Below are positions 18,911 through 28,149 of a stretch of 64,000 bases of DNA, one piece after another (positions within the stretch are counted from its first letter, which is position 1; the number at the start of each line of letters is the position of its first letter). The position numbers were made by a program, and so were the translations under genes. The notes beneath the pieces are model-generated. The model worked only from the letters and a program-made list of their open reading frames with translations. It was not told the DNA's origin and ran no database searches. Origin of the DNA: an uncultured Solirubrobacterales bacterium (GTDB lineage Bacteria; Actinomycetota; Thermoleophilia; Solirubrobacterales; 70-9); the NCBI GenBank assembly GCA_963762205.1, contig CAVXJZ010000003.1, forward strand, positions 491,371-555,370, read 5' to 3'.

Positions 18911-19894
18911 ATGGCGCGACGCGCTCTGATCACCGGCATCACCGGCCAGGACGGCAGTTACCTGGCCGAGTTCCTCCTCGACAAGGGGTACGAGGTGCAC
19001 GGCATGGTGCGGCGCCTCTCGAGTGAGAACCACCATCGCCTGGAGGCCTTTCGAGACCGGATCACGATCCACACGGGCGACCTCCTCGACCAGCGCTCCC
19101 TGGGCGACGTGATGAGGGCGTGCGAGCCGCAGGAGATCTACAACCTGGCGGCGATGTCGTTCGTGGGGGCGTCCTGGAACCAGCCCACCCTGACTGCCGA
19201 GTTCACCGGGCTCGGCGTGACCCGGATGCTGGAGGCGATGCGGGAAGCGTGTCCGGACGCCCGCTTCTACCAGGCCTCGTCCAGCGAGATGTTCGGCAAG
19301 GTGCGGAAGACCCCGCAGAACGAGCTGACGCCCTTCTACCCGCGCAGCCCGTACGGCGTCGCCAAGGTCTACGCGCACTTCATCACCGTCAACTACAGGG
19401 AGAGCTACGGCCTCTACGCCTGCTCCGGGATCCTCTTCAACCACGAGAGCCCGCGCCGCAGCCTCGAGTTCGTCACCCGCAAGATCACCCACACGGCCGC
19501 TGCGATCAAGCTGGGCCTGGCGTCGAAGCTGGCCCTCGGCAACCTCGACGCGCGTCGTGACTGGGGCTACGCTCCGGACTTCGTCGACGCGATGTGGCGC
19601 ATGCTTCAGCCCGACGAGCCCGACGACTTCGTGGTCGGCACGGGCGTCGACCACTCCGTCGAGGACCTCGTGAACATCGCCTTCGCCTATCTCGACCTCG
19701 ACCCCTCGGAGTACGTCCACCAGGACCCCGCGTACATGCGCCCGGCGGAGGTCGATCTGCTGATCGCCGACCCGACCAAGGCCCGCGAGCAGTTGGGCTG
19801 GGAGTCCAGTGTGGACTTCGAGCAGTTGGTCAAGGTGATGGTCGACGCCGACCTCGCCCTGCTCGGCGAAGGCAGTCCGGTTTCCACAGCGTAG
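18911..19894 (+). CDS. gmd: GDP-mannose 4,6-dehydratase
   Basis: [83 protein letters not shown]. These are near-canonical Gmd motifs over the full length. Confidence 0.95.
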   Translation: MARRALITGITGQDGSYLAEFLLDKGYEVHGMVRRLSSENHHRLEAFRDRITIHTGDLLDQRSLGDVMRACEPQEIYNLAAMSFVGASWNQPTLTAEFTGLGVTRMLEAMREACPDARFYQASSSEMFGKVRKTPQNELTPFYPRSPYGVAKVYAHFITVNYRESYGLYACSGILFNHESPRRSLEFVTRKITHTAAAIKLGLASKLALGNLDARRDWGYAPDFVDAMWRMLQPDEPDDFVVGTGVDHSVEDLVNIAFAYLDLDPSEYVHQDPAYMRPAEVDLLIADPTKAREQLGWESSVDFEQLVKVMVDADLALLGEGSPVSTA

Positions 19895-19914
19895 GCCCCG
19901 TCGCCTCGAGGCGA

Positions 19915-22900
19915 TCAGGGGCCGGCGTCGGGCGCCGTGGCGACTATCGCGTACTCGCCGACCCTGGTGCGGTCCTCATCCCAGTCGCCGCTGCCGACCG
20001 GCGCGAACACGTCACCCGCCGAGTAGCCGCTGAGCGCGCAGAGCGCGAGCATCGTCTCCGGGAAGAGCGGGTGCGTGTGAGTGGGGTCGACCCAGAATCG
20101 CCTTCAGCGCCGCCGCCGAATGGGGGTTGACCGTCTCGGCGATCAGCAATCCCCCGGGGCGCAGCCGCCAGAGGCCGAGCTCGAGGAAGCGCCGCAGCTG
20201 CTCGGGCCCCAGATGCTCGATCACCTGGGCGCTGAAGATCGCGCCGAGTGAGCCGGGCGGCGTCCGCTCGAGGACCTCGAGAAGGTCCCCCTGCTCGACG
20301 TTCGCATGGCCCTTCTCGCGACAGCGCTCGACCATGTCGGAATCGAGGTCGACCCCGCGGCACTCGATACCCCGCTCGACGAGCAGGTCGAGGAACTCGC
20401 CCCGGCCGCAACCCACGTCGAGGACCGGGCCACGGCCGGCGACCAGGTCCAGGTAGACCCGCTGGCGGTCGCGGATCATCTGCTCGGAACCGCGGAAGAG
20501 GTCCTCGAAGCCGCGATAGCCGCCCTCGTCGATCTCGCCCGGGGCGCTGCGGAAGCCGATCGTCCTTCCCAGGACGGGATGCTGCCTGCGGCCGAGGCGA
20601 TCGTCGTCCATGTAGGGCTTCGCCGCCGCGGCGGCGACCAGCTCGGTCGCCTCCGCAATCCGCCGGTCGAGCCTGCGCAGGGTCTGGTCGTTCTCGACGT
20701 CCATCCTCAGCGCTTCGGCAAGCACCTCCCGCAATTCGTCCAGCGACTCGGCGGTGCTGAGGTCGATCCGCCGTTGATGGGCCGCGTAGGGGCGCAGGAT
20801 GCGCATGTAGAGGCGCTTTGCGGCCACCCGCAGGCCGCCCCCCCGGCGCGGTGGCGGCTCGGAAAGGTTGAGCAGGTGCTCGAGCTGGCGTCGGCCGCTC
20901 GACGACCCGGCCGCCGCGTCGGCCGGGGTGGGACCCATGAGGCGATCGATCAGGCGTGCCCGCTTGACCTGCTCAATCCTCACCTTGATCGACTCGCAGG
21001 CAGTCTCGGGCGAGTGGGTGCGGCGGATGTCGGCCGCGGCCCGGCGGCCCCGCACGGCGGCGGCCTGCGGGTTCTCGAAGACCTGGCGCATCAGCGCCGA
21101 GGCGCGATCGAGATCCGGCTCGGCCCACTGTCTGTCCTCCGGATAGGGAGCGGCGTCGGGGCCGATCTCGACCATGGTGTGAGGGACGAGGTAGCTGTTC
21201 TCGTCGGTCATGAAGTCGAGGTTGCCGGAATAGCCCGTTGCGATCACCGGCCTGCCGAAATACATCGCCTCGGCCATCGTCAGGCCGAGCCCCTCGGAGC
21301 GATGCAGTGAGACGTAGCAGTCGCAGGCGGCGATCATCGCGTTCTTCATCGCGGTCGTGATCGTGTCCTCGATCAGGTGGATTTCCGGGCGGTCGGCCAC
21401 CACCGCCGCCAGTGCCTCCCGCTCGGCCGGGAACTCGTCGTCGCAGATGGACTTGATCACCAGCGAGGGGCCCGAGCCGGGCTCGAACTCCCGGCAGAAC
21501 GCCTCGACGATCCCGAGCGGGTTCTTGCGATGGAAGACGCTGCGGTAGTCGAAGACGAAGAGGAAGCAGAATCCCTCCGGCATCCCGAGCTCCGCCCGGC
21601 TCGCCTCCTCCGGCAACTCGGGCACGACCGGCATGCGGATCGTGTGGACCGGTTTCGACGAGAGCGGGCGGAGCGCGTCCGCGATGTGCTCGGAGGCGAC
21701 CCAGACTTCGTCGACGTAGTCGAAGGAGTGCCGCCATTGCTCGGGGAAGTGCGAGACCTCCCAGAACCAGATCCCGGTCGAGTGGCGGCCTTCGAAGAAG
21801 CGGCGGCCGAGGGCCGTGGCCACGACGGGGAGCATGTCGGCGTTGACGCAGATCAGGTTCAGGTCGTACGGATGCTCATCTTCGGCGAGCCCCTCCAGCG
21901 CCTCGGAGATGTCCTCGGGCACGCTGGGCGAGTCGACCGCCGCGACGCGGAACGTCGCCCTCGCGCAGCGCCGAGACGATCTGGCGCGCCGCCTCGCCGA
22001 CGCCCCGCGCCGAGCTCAGGTAGCCGACAACGTTGATCCCCGGCTTGGGGCGTGCGGGCCGCAGCGCCCGGTGGCGGTCGTTGGCCGACGAGGGGGGCGG
22101 GGGGAGGATCTCGACCGATACCCCCGTGTCCGGGGACGAGATGTGCAGCCAGGTGACGAAGGCGGGGCCGCTGTCGTCGTCGATGCTCGGGAAGATCCGG
22201 CGAAAGTCCGGACGCGTGTCCCACAGGGCCCTCGCATAGCGGTTGACACCGCGGCCCGCGTGCCTGCCGACCTCACTCTCCTTCAGGTACTCGACGAACC
22301 GCTTCGCCCCGCGCTCGGTGAATACGGACTCGGTGATCGATCCGACCTCGGCCCCGTCTCGAAACACCCGCCGTGCCGCCCGGTCGAGCCCGATGCCGTT
22401 GGGCATCGTCTCCCAGCCATAGGGCCAGGCGATCGCCTGCTCGAAGCCGTGGGAGAGCAGTTCCGCCGCGTACTCCCCGCAGATCCGCGCGAGGACGGGG
22501 TCGGCGCCGACGTCGATCCGGTTCTGGTGCTTGCTCAGCTCGGTCGGGCGCCGCGGGTCGAAGCCGCTGAAATGGAAGAAGTGAAGCTGCTCGCCGTCGA
22601 CCCGGTAGCCGCCGCCGTCGTCTTCGAGGCTCCGCGTGGGAAGGTTCCAGTAGGCGATGTTGAACGCCGTGTCCCGGAGGATGTCGATCCCCGGCCAGAG
22701 GCCCGGGGCCAGGTCGATCCACCGCTGGTCGACGAAACGCCCCTGCTCGGGCTCGTTCAGGCAGTCGGTCTCGAGGCGCTCCGACCACCAGTCGAGCAAA
22801 GCGTGAGCGGTCTGCCCCGCTCCGAGGGCGATGAAGCCGAGGTTGTAGGAGCCGGCGATGAGGATGTCCTCTTCGCTCGGCTTGCGGCCGTCGCGGGGGA

Positions 22901-23291
22901 GCGGCGCGGTGAAGTGCGGCGTCAGGACCACGTCGTGGCGCAGAGCGCGCTCGACGACCGGCTCGAGGGAGGAGAAGACCTGGATGTCCGGGTCGAGGTA
23001 GATGACCGAGTCCACCCCCGCCCTTTCCAGGAGGGTCCGCAGCAGCCATGGCTTGACGGCGGTCGACAGCTCCATCACGTCGTAGGAGGCCGCCATCCGG
23101 GCGGGATCGGCAAGGCCGATCTGATCGATCGTGATCAGCTCGAACGGCTCCTCGGCCGGATCGATGTAGCCGCTCGGCTCGTCGATGACGAGGACGCTGC
23201 AGGTGCCCTCCGGGTGGACCTCCAGGAAGGACTCGGCGAGGACGCGCGCGTGGGCAACGTAGTTCCTCGCGATGATCGTGCAGATGTTCAC
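19915..23291 (-). pseudogene. Tri-domain glycosyltransferase/methyltransferase (GT-A-like + GT4 + helical linker + class I SAM-MTase) interrupted by two apparent +1 frame shifts
   Basis: - ORF 21876..23291 (MNICTIIARNY...IYLDPDIQVF...) ends in the first strand of a GT4 domain (GINVVGYLSSARGVGEAARQIVSAL).
- The protein continues in the frame of ORF 20012..21922 (..VAAVDSPSVPEDISE..HPYDLNLICVNAD..EGLGLTMAEAM..; MTase VLDVGCGRGEF).
- The conserved MTase tail FWVDPTHTHPLFPETMLALCALSGYS...ATAPDAGP* is in a third frame and stops at 19915.
- The junctions lie at about 21938-21956 and 20094-20103. Confidence 0.7.
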
Positions 23292-23331
23292 CCGGCCGGT
23301 CCCCTGTTCGAAGGCACTCCGGGGATGATTA

Positions 23332-24138
23332 TCAAGAGCGGTTCATGGCCGTGGCCTTCTCCACGGTCCATGTGCTCATGTCCCAGCTTGCGGCCTCGTC
23401 GACGGCACGCTCGCCCGATGCGTCGAGCTCGAGCTTGCGCGCCGTCGCGCCACCGCGAAAGGCGTGCTGCCAGGTGCGGAGCGGCTCGAAGCCCGATCCC
23501 CGCAGCCACCCTTCGAGGGCGACCCGGTTGGGGGCCCATTGCGAGGTGGGATCGCTGCCGAGCATGTCGGCGGGGTAGTACTGGACGATCGGCAGTGACC
23601 GGAGCTCGGGGTGAAAGTCGGTGAGTCGGCGCCAATCTCCGGCGTCGTCGACGAGGCCCTCGTCGATCATGTGCGTCTCGAGCACCAGCAGCGCCTCGGG
23701 GGAGCAGACGTCGTGGATGCGGTCGAGCGCGAGCAGGGGGTGGCGCAGGTGGTAGATGACCCCGAGGAACAGCACCAGGTCGAACCGCCCATAGCGCTCG
23801 GGCGCCAACGAGTAGACGTTCTCGGTGACATAGGCCGCCTTCGAGCCGAGAAGCTCGGCGGCGATCGCAAAGCCGGTGTTGTGGGGTGGCTCGTTGTCGA
23901 GGGCGATGACCTCGCGGGCGCCGCGCCGCTCCGCCTCGAAGGTGAAGAAGCCGTCGCGGGCGCCGATGTCGAGCACGCGCATTCCGCTGAGGTCCTCGGG
24001 CATCCCGATCTGCGAGAGGAGCGCCGGGGTGTCCTGCAGCCCGGGCGTCCAGACGCCTGGAGCTACCTCGATCCGGTGGTGCCACTTCTCCTGCTTTGCG
24101 ATTGCCTCATGGGCCTCGCGTCCGCGGTCCTCCTGCAT
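23332..24138 (-). CDS. Class I SAM-dependent methyltransferase (DUF1698/CmoB-like, Methyltransf_9-type)
   Basis: ORF 23332..24411 was trimmed to the ATG at 24138. KWHHRIEVAPGVWTPG, VLDIGARDGFFTFEAERRGA, FDLVLFLGVIYHLRHP. The upstream 91 codons are Arg/Gly-rich filler. Confidence 0.7.
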   Translation of the reverse strand: MQEDRGREAHEAIAKQEKWHHRIEVAPGVWTPGLQDTPALLSQIGMPEDLSGMRVLDIGARDGFFTFEAERRGAREVIALDNEPPHNTGFAIAAELLGSKAAYVTENVYSLAPERYGRFDLVLFLGVIYHLRHPLLALDRIHDVCSPEALLVLETHMIDEGLVDDAGDWRRLTDFHPELRSLPIVQYYPADMLGSDPTSQWAPNRVALEGWLRGSGFEPLRTWQHAFRGGATARKLELDASGERAVDEAASWDMSTWTVEKATAMNRS

Positions 24139-24191
24139 GCGGGGGCAGTCTAGTCCCACGCGGAATGACGCCCGACGCCGTGGTCCCGGCG

Positions 24192-25358
24192 TCAGTCGAA
24201 TACGCGCTCGACGCCCAGCGGCTGCCTGCGGCGCAGGGTCTCCTCGGCAAGGCGCGATGCGTCCACCTCCACATGCGGCACGCGCGCCACGAAGCGCTCC
24301 GCGCCCTGCACGAGCACCGCCTTCGCGCCCACGTCGCGGACGTAGTCGGCATCCCAGCCGAACGGGACCCAGACGAAGTGCACCTCCCGGAAGACCTGCG
24401 CCATGAACCACGACAGCCCCTGGTAGTACGCGGCGCCGAAGCCGAACGAGTCGCCGAAGAGGACCGCGACCCGCGGGTCGGGGGCCCGCTCGTTGCGGAA
24501 GACGCGGCGCGTGCCGATGTGCCCGTCGACGGCGGCGATCTCGTCGCGATTGTCCTCGACGATGGTGGCGTCGAGGAGCGAGTTCGGCTCGCTGACGATG
24601 CTGACGATCTGTGGGTCGAACTTGGCTCCGAGGTCGCCGGCGATCGGATAGGAGCGCAGCGCGAGCTCGCTGAAGTCGGGCGGATCCTGGACGCCGAGCG
24701 CGGCCCGCACCGAGGAGAACAGCATCTCGTTGCCGCGGAAGGTGAGGTGGGTGTCGGTGCGCAGGTAGACGTCCTCATCCGTCGCCGCCGCGGCACGGAG
24801 CTCGGCGAGCGGGTAGGCGATCGGCATCTCGGGCACGGACAGCAGGCGCTCGATCGGACGCGGCCCGACCCGCGCCAGCTCCTCCGGGTAGCGGTCCTCG
24901 TAGACGGCGAGCTTGTCGGGCACGACCAGCAGCGCGGAGTCGATCTCGAGGGCGGCCGACTGCTCGGCTCTGCGGTCAATCACCTCCTGCCACTCGTCCA
25001 GCCAGCTCGGCTCCATCTCGACGGCGCCGACGTACTGGCCGAGGTTGGCGTTGCTCCCCCCGCAGAGGAACAGCCAGCCGTCGTTCCCGACGATCGCGAT
25101 CTCGTCGTCCGAGCGGGTGCCGGGGGGGAGGCCGAAGGGGGCGAGGTCGGGGTGGAAGACGTTGACGACCGGCGGGGCCTTCGAGGAGTCCGCCTGGCGC
25201 TTCAGCTGCCGCACGGCGTACTCCTCGGAGTCGAGCGCGACCCGCAGCAGGTCGTCCAGCGTGCTGACCGCCGCGAGCTGCCCCTCGATCTCCTCCTCGC
25301 TCGGCGTGCGCCCGAGCACCTGGCGGTAGACCGAGACGACCTGCTCGCGTGTGGGCAT
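24192..25358 (-). CDS. AlgX/AlgJ-type SGNH-like domain protein with DUF4214-like N-terminus (putative glycan O-acetylation)
   Basis: The N-terminus VVSVYRQVLGRTPSEEEIEGQL...SEEY is DUF4214-like. The core has GNDGWLFL, VVPDK, LRTDTHLTFRG and LFGDSFG, reminiscent of the AlgJ/AlgX DxHW-type motifs. No TM or signal peptide is evident. Confidence 0.4.
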   Translation of the reverse strand: MPTREQVVSVYRQVLGRTPSEEEIEGQLAAVSTLDDLLRVALDSEEYAVRQLKRQADSSKAPPVVNVFHPDLAPFGLPPGTRSDDEIAIVGNDGWLFLCGGSNANLGQYVGAVEMEPSWLDEWQEVIDRRAEQSAALEIDSALLVVPDKLAVYEDRYPEELARVGPRPIERLLSVPEMPIAYPLAELRAAAATDEDVYLRTDTHLTFRGNEMLFSSVRAALGVQDPPDFSELALRSYPIAGDLGAKFDPQIVSIVSEPNSLLDATIVEDNRDEIAAVDGHIGTRRVFRNERAPDPRVAVLFGDSFGFGAAYYQGLSWFMAQVFREVHFVWVPFGWDADYVRDVGAKAVLVQGAERFVARVPHVEVDASRLAEETLRRRQPLGVERVFD

Positions 25359-25367
25359 CGGCGCAGC

Positions 25368-27001
25368 CTACGAGGTCCCAAGCCGGCGGGAGGCCCAGGC
25401 GAGGTGCGCCCTAAGGCGCGGCATTCCGCGAAAGAGGTTGGGATTGGAAGAGGGATCGGCAGCCGTCAGCGGGAGCCAGCGATCGATCAGCGCCTCCTTC
25501 TCCCAGTCCTCGACCTCCGACGAGCGGCTGGATGACTCGAAGTGGTAGAGGACGGTGTCCGGGTCGTACACGACCCGCAGGCCCTTGGTGCGCAGCTTGA
25601 GGCAGTAGTCGATGTCGTTGTAGTTCACCGGAAGCGCCGTCGAGAGCCCGCCCACCTCGTCGAATGCCGTCGCCGGGGTCATCATGCAGGCGCCGGTCAC
25701 CGCCAGATAGTTCTGCGCCACGCGGGCGTTGTTCGCGTACCCCTCGAACTCACCGGTGAAGCCGCGGTAGATGTGACCCGGAAGCCCACTCTCCTCGAAG
25801 AGGACACCCGCATGTTGCAGGCGCCCGTCCTCCCAGAGAAGGCGCGCTCCCACGGCGCCGATCCCGGGATGCTGCGCGTACATGACCAGACGATCGATCC
25901 ACTCGGGGGTGACGACCTCCATGTCGTCGTTCAGCAGCAGCAGCAGATCCCCCTCGCTGTGTCGTGCCCCCAGATTGATCTTGGCCGAGAAATTGAACTC
26001 GCCGTCGTGGGTCGCCAGGCGCAGCCGGTCGCCGGCGACCTCCTCGATCTCGGCGATCGCCGCCGGGTCGGTCGAGGCGTCGACCACGCAGACGATCTCG
26101 TAGTCGGGGTAGGTGGATTTCTCGACGATGCTGCGAACGCAGTGCTCGACGAGCGTGACCTCCTCGTACCGAACCTCGCGCCTGGTGCCGTTGGTCGGGA
26201 TGACGATGCTGACCGGAGGCCGACGGGTGAGGGCCGGGCGAAGGTGGTAGACGCCCGACAGCTCCTCGTCGTGGTCGACGCGGGCCTCGAGGCCGATCCG
26301 CTCGCAGTGGGCCTGCACAGCGCGCGTCCCCGCCTCGAACGCCCACGGTTTCACCGCCTCGTCGCCGCTCGCGGCCGAGGTCTCGATCGCGCGCCAGTGG
26401 TACAGGACGCGGGGGATGTGGACCACGGACCGGGCGCGCTCGGTCACCCTGAGCACGAGGTCCCAGTCCTGAGATCCCTCGAACTCCGGGTCGAACCCGC
26501 CCACCTCCTCGACCAGTGACCTTCGGAGGACGCTCAGGTGGCAGGTGTACATCTGGGTGCGCATCCGCTCCGGCGACCAGTCCGGCTTGCAGAACGGCCC
26601 GAAGTGGAGGCCCGCGCGGTTGATCTTGTCCTCGTCGGTGTAGACGTAGTCGGCCGTCGGCTCCTCGTCGAGCGCCTCGGCGACGAAGCTCAGCGCGTCG
26701 GGGTGGAGCTTGTCGTCGTGGTCGAGCAGGGCGATGAACTCCCCGCGGGCCATCTCGAGCCCGTCGTTGGACGCCGCCACGATGCCGCCGTTGCGCTGCG
26801 GCGCTTGAAGCGGATCCGCGGGTCGCGGCGCTCGGCGGCCTCCAGCTCCGCGGCGACGTGCGGCCGGCTCGAGGCGTCGTCGACGAGGCACAGCTCCCAA
26901 TCTCGAAATCGCTGGCGCCGGACGGACCGCAGCATCGCCCGCAGGACCCCGGCCGGCGTTTCGTAGACCGGCGTGACTATCGAGAATCTGGGACCCGACA
27001 C
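25368..27001 (-). pseudogene. Tandem GT2-GT2 glycosyltransferase with one apparent -1 frame shift in the first domain
   Basis: - ORF 26690..27001 (GTG start; FSIVTPVYETP...LVDDASS...RDPRIRFKRR) stops making sense after RFKRR.
- The GT2 sequence continues in ORF 25368..26900 from ..NGGIVAASNDGLEMARGEFIALLDHDDKL.
- A second GT2 domain follows (VSIVIPTNG...VVDAST...LLNDDMEV).
- The junction is at about 26790-26805. Confidence 0.7.
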
Positions 27002-27003
27002 GG

Positions 27004-27213
27004 CTAGCCCCGGGATCCGCGGAGCCCTTCGACCGCCTTCACGACGAGCGCCGGCAGCGCGCGCAGCCTGCGGACAGCCCCGAGCACGTACCTGGCGCGC
27101 GTTTCGAGCTCCAGAAGCCGGCCGCGCGCGGCGCCGAGCTCCGCGTCCCTGGCGACGAGGAGGTCCCTCAGCCTCAGCACCTCCTGCCTTTCCCGGGCCA
27201 GCTCCTCCGCCAA
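27004..27213 (-). CDS. Small predicted coiled-coil protein (hypothetical)
   Basis: 69 aa with a TTG start. The heptad-like sequence is AEELARERQEVLRLRDLLVARDAELGAARGRLLELETRARY. Its TAG lies 2 nt before the GTG of the tandem GT2 gene. No homology recognised, so it may not be translated. Confidence 0.3.
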   Translation of the reverse strand: MAEELARERQEVLRLRDLLVARDAELGAARGRLLELETRARYVLGAVRRLRALPALVVKAVEGLRGSRG

Positions 27214-27291
27214 GCGGGCCGGGTCGGCCGGCTCGCCGAGGGGAGTGGTCTTGGCGGGAGTCGGGTCGTTTTACACGACGGCCGAGTCTAC

Positions 27292-28149
27292 TCAGAGGTC
27301 CTCGGCGATCCGGGGCGCCTCACGGCGAAAGACCCAGACCGCAAAGGCGCAGGCGCCGACGAAGATCGCGGTCGCCGGCAGCAGGTGCAGCACACCGCCG
27401 GCGGCCTCCACGGCCGTGGGCGCCTGCGGTTCGGCCAGGATCCAGACCCGTACCTGCTCGAAGATCACCGCCAGTGGGTTGATCATCAGCAGCTGTTCGG
27501 TCGTCTGGCTTTCGAAGGCGGTGACCGGATAGAGGATCGGCGTCCCGTAGAAGAGCACCTGCGCGACGACCAGCCAGATGATCGAGACGTCGCGAAAGCG
27601 CACATAGAGGATCGACAGCGCCGAGCTCACCGCCGCCGTGAGCACGAAGAGGAAGAGGAAGGCGACCGGTAGGAGCAGCCAGGTCCAGGTCGGGTCGACC
27701 CCGAAGGCGAAGACGAAGGCGAAGACGATCACGAAGTTGAGGCCGAGATTGAACGCCCCGGTGAAGACGGTCGCCAGCGGGATCACCAGGCGGGGGAACT
27801 GGGTCTTGCGGACGATGCCCTCCTGGGCCACCACCGAGGTGACGGCATTCGTCGTCGATTCCTGGAAGAAGGTGAAGAGGACGATCCCGAGCAGCAGCAT
27901 CACCGGGTAGTGCTCGACTTCGTCGCCGCCCACTCTGAAGACCCTGGTGAAGACGAACAGCAGGACGCCGAAGAGCATCAGCGGTCGCATCAGGGACCAG
28001 ACGTAGCCGAGCACCGTGCCGAAGTAGGCGCGCTTGAACTCGGTCACCGACATCAGCCAGAGCAGGTCGAAGAAGCGCTGGCGGCCACCTCCCAGGGCCG
28101 ACGGCCCGCGGACCTCGCGCAGCGTCGTTGCGGTCGCGGTCTGGTTCAC
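27292..28149 (-). CDS. wzm: ABC-2 type polysaccharide export permease
   Basis: ORF 27292..28809 was trimmed to the GTG at 28149 (GTGA overlap with the wzt stop). ...LMSVTEFKRAYFGTVLGYVWSLMRPLMLF...; six TM segments with ABC2_membrane-type organisation. Confidence 0.85.
   Translation of the reverse strand: MNQTATATTLREVRGPSALGGGRQRFFDLLWLMSVTEFKRAYFGTVLGYVWSLMRPLMLFGVLLFVFTRVFRVGGDEVEHYPVMLLLGIVLFTFFQESTTNAVTSVVAQEGIVRKTQFPRLVIPLATVFTGAFNLGLNFVIVFAFVFAFGVDPTWTWLLLPVAFLFLFVLTAAVSSALSILYVRFRDVSIIWLVVAQVLFYGTPILYPVTAFESQTTEQLLMINPLAVIFEQVRVWILAEPQAPTAVEAAGGVLHLLPATAIFVGACAFAVWVFRREAPRIAEDL

Noticed and set aside
19915-23291. Programmed ribosomal frameshifting as an explanation for the broken tri-domain gene and the other broken genes.
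   Set aside because: I see no slippery heptamer (X XXY YYZ) or obvious stimulatory structure at the junctions (minus-strand ..CTGAAGGCGATTCTGGGT.. and ..GACGTTCCGCGTCGCGGC..). Indels, either sequencing errors or mutations, are the simpler explanation.
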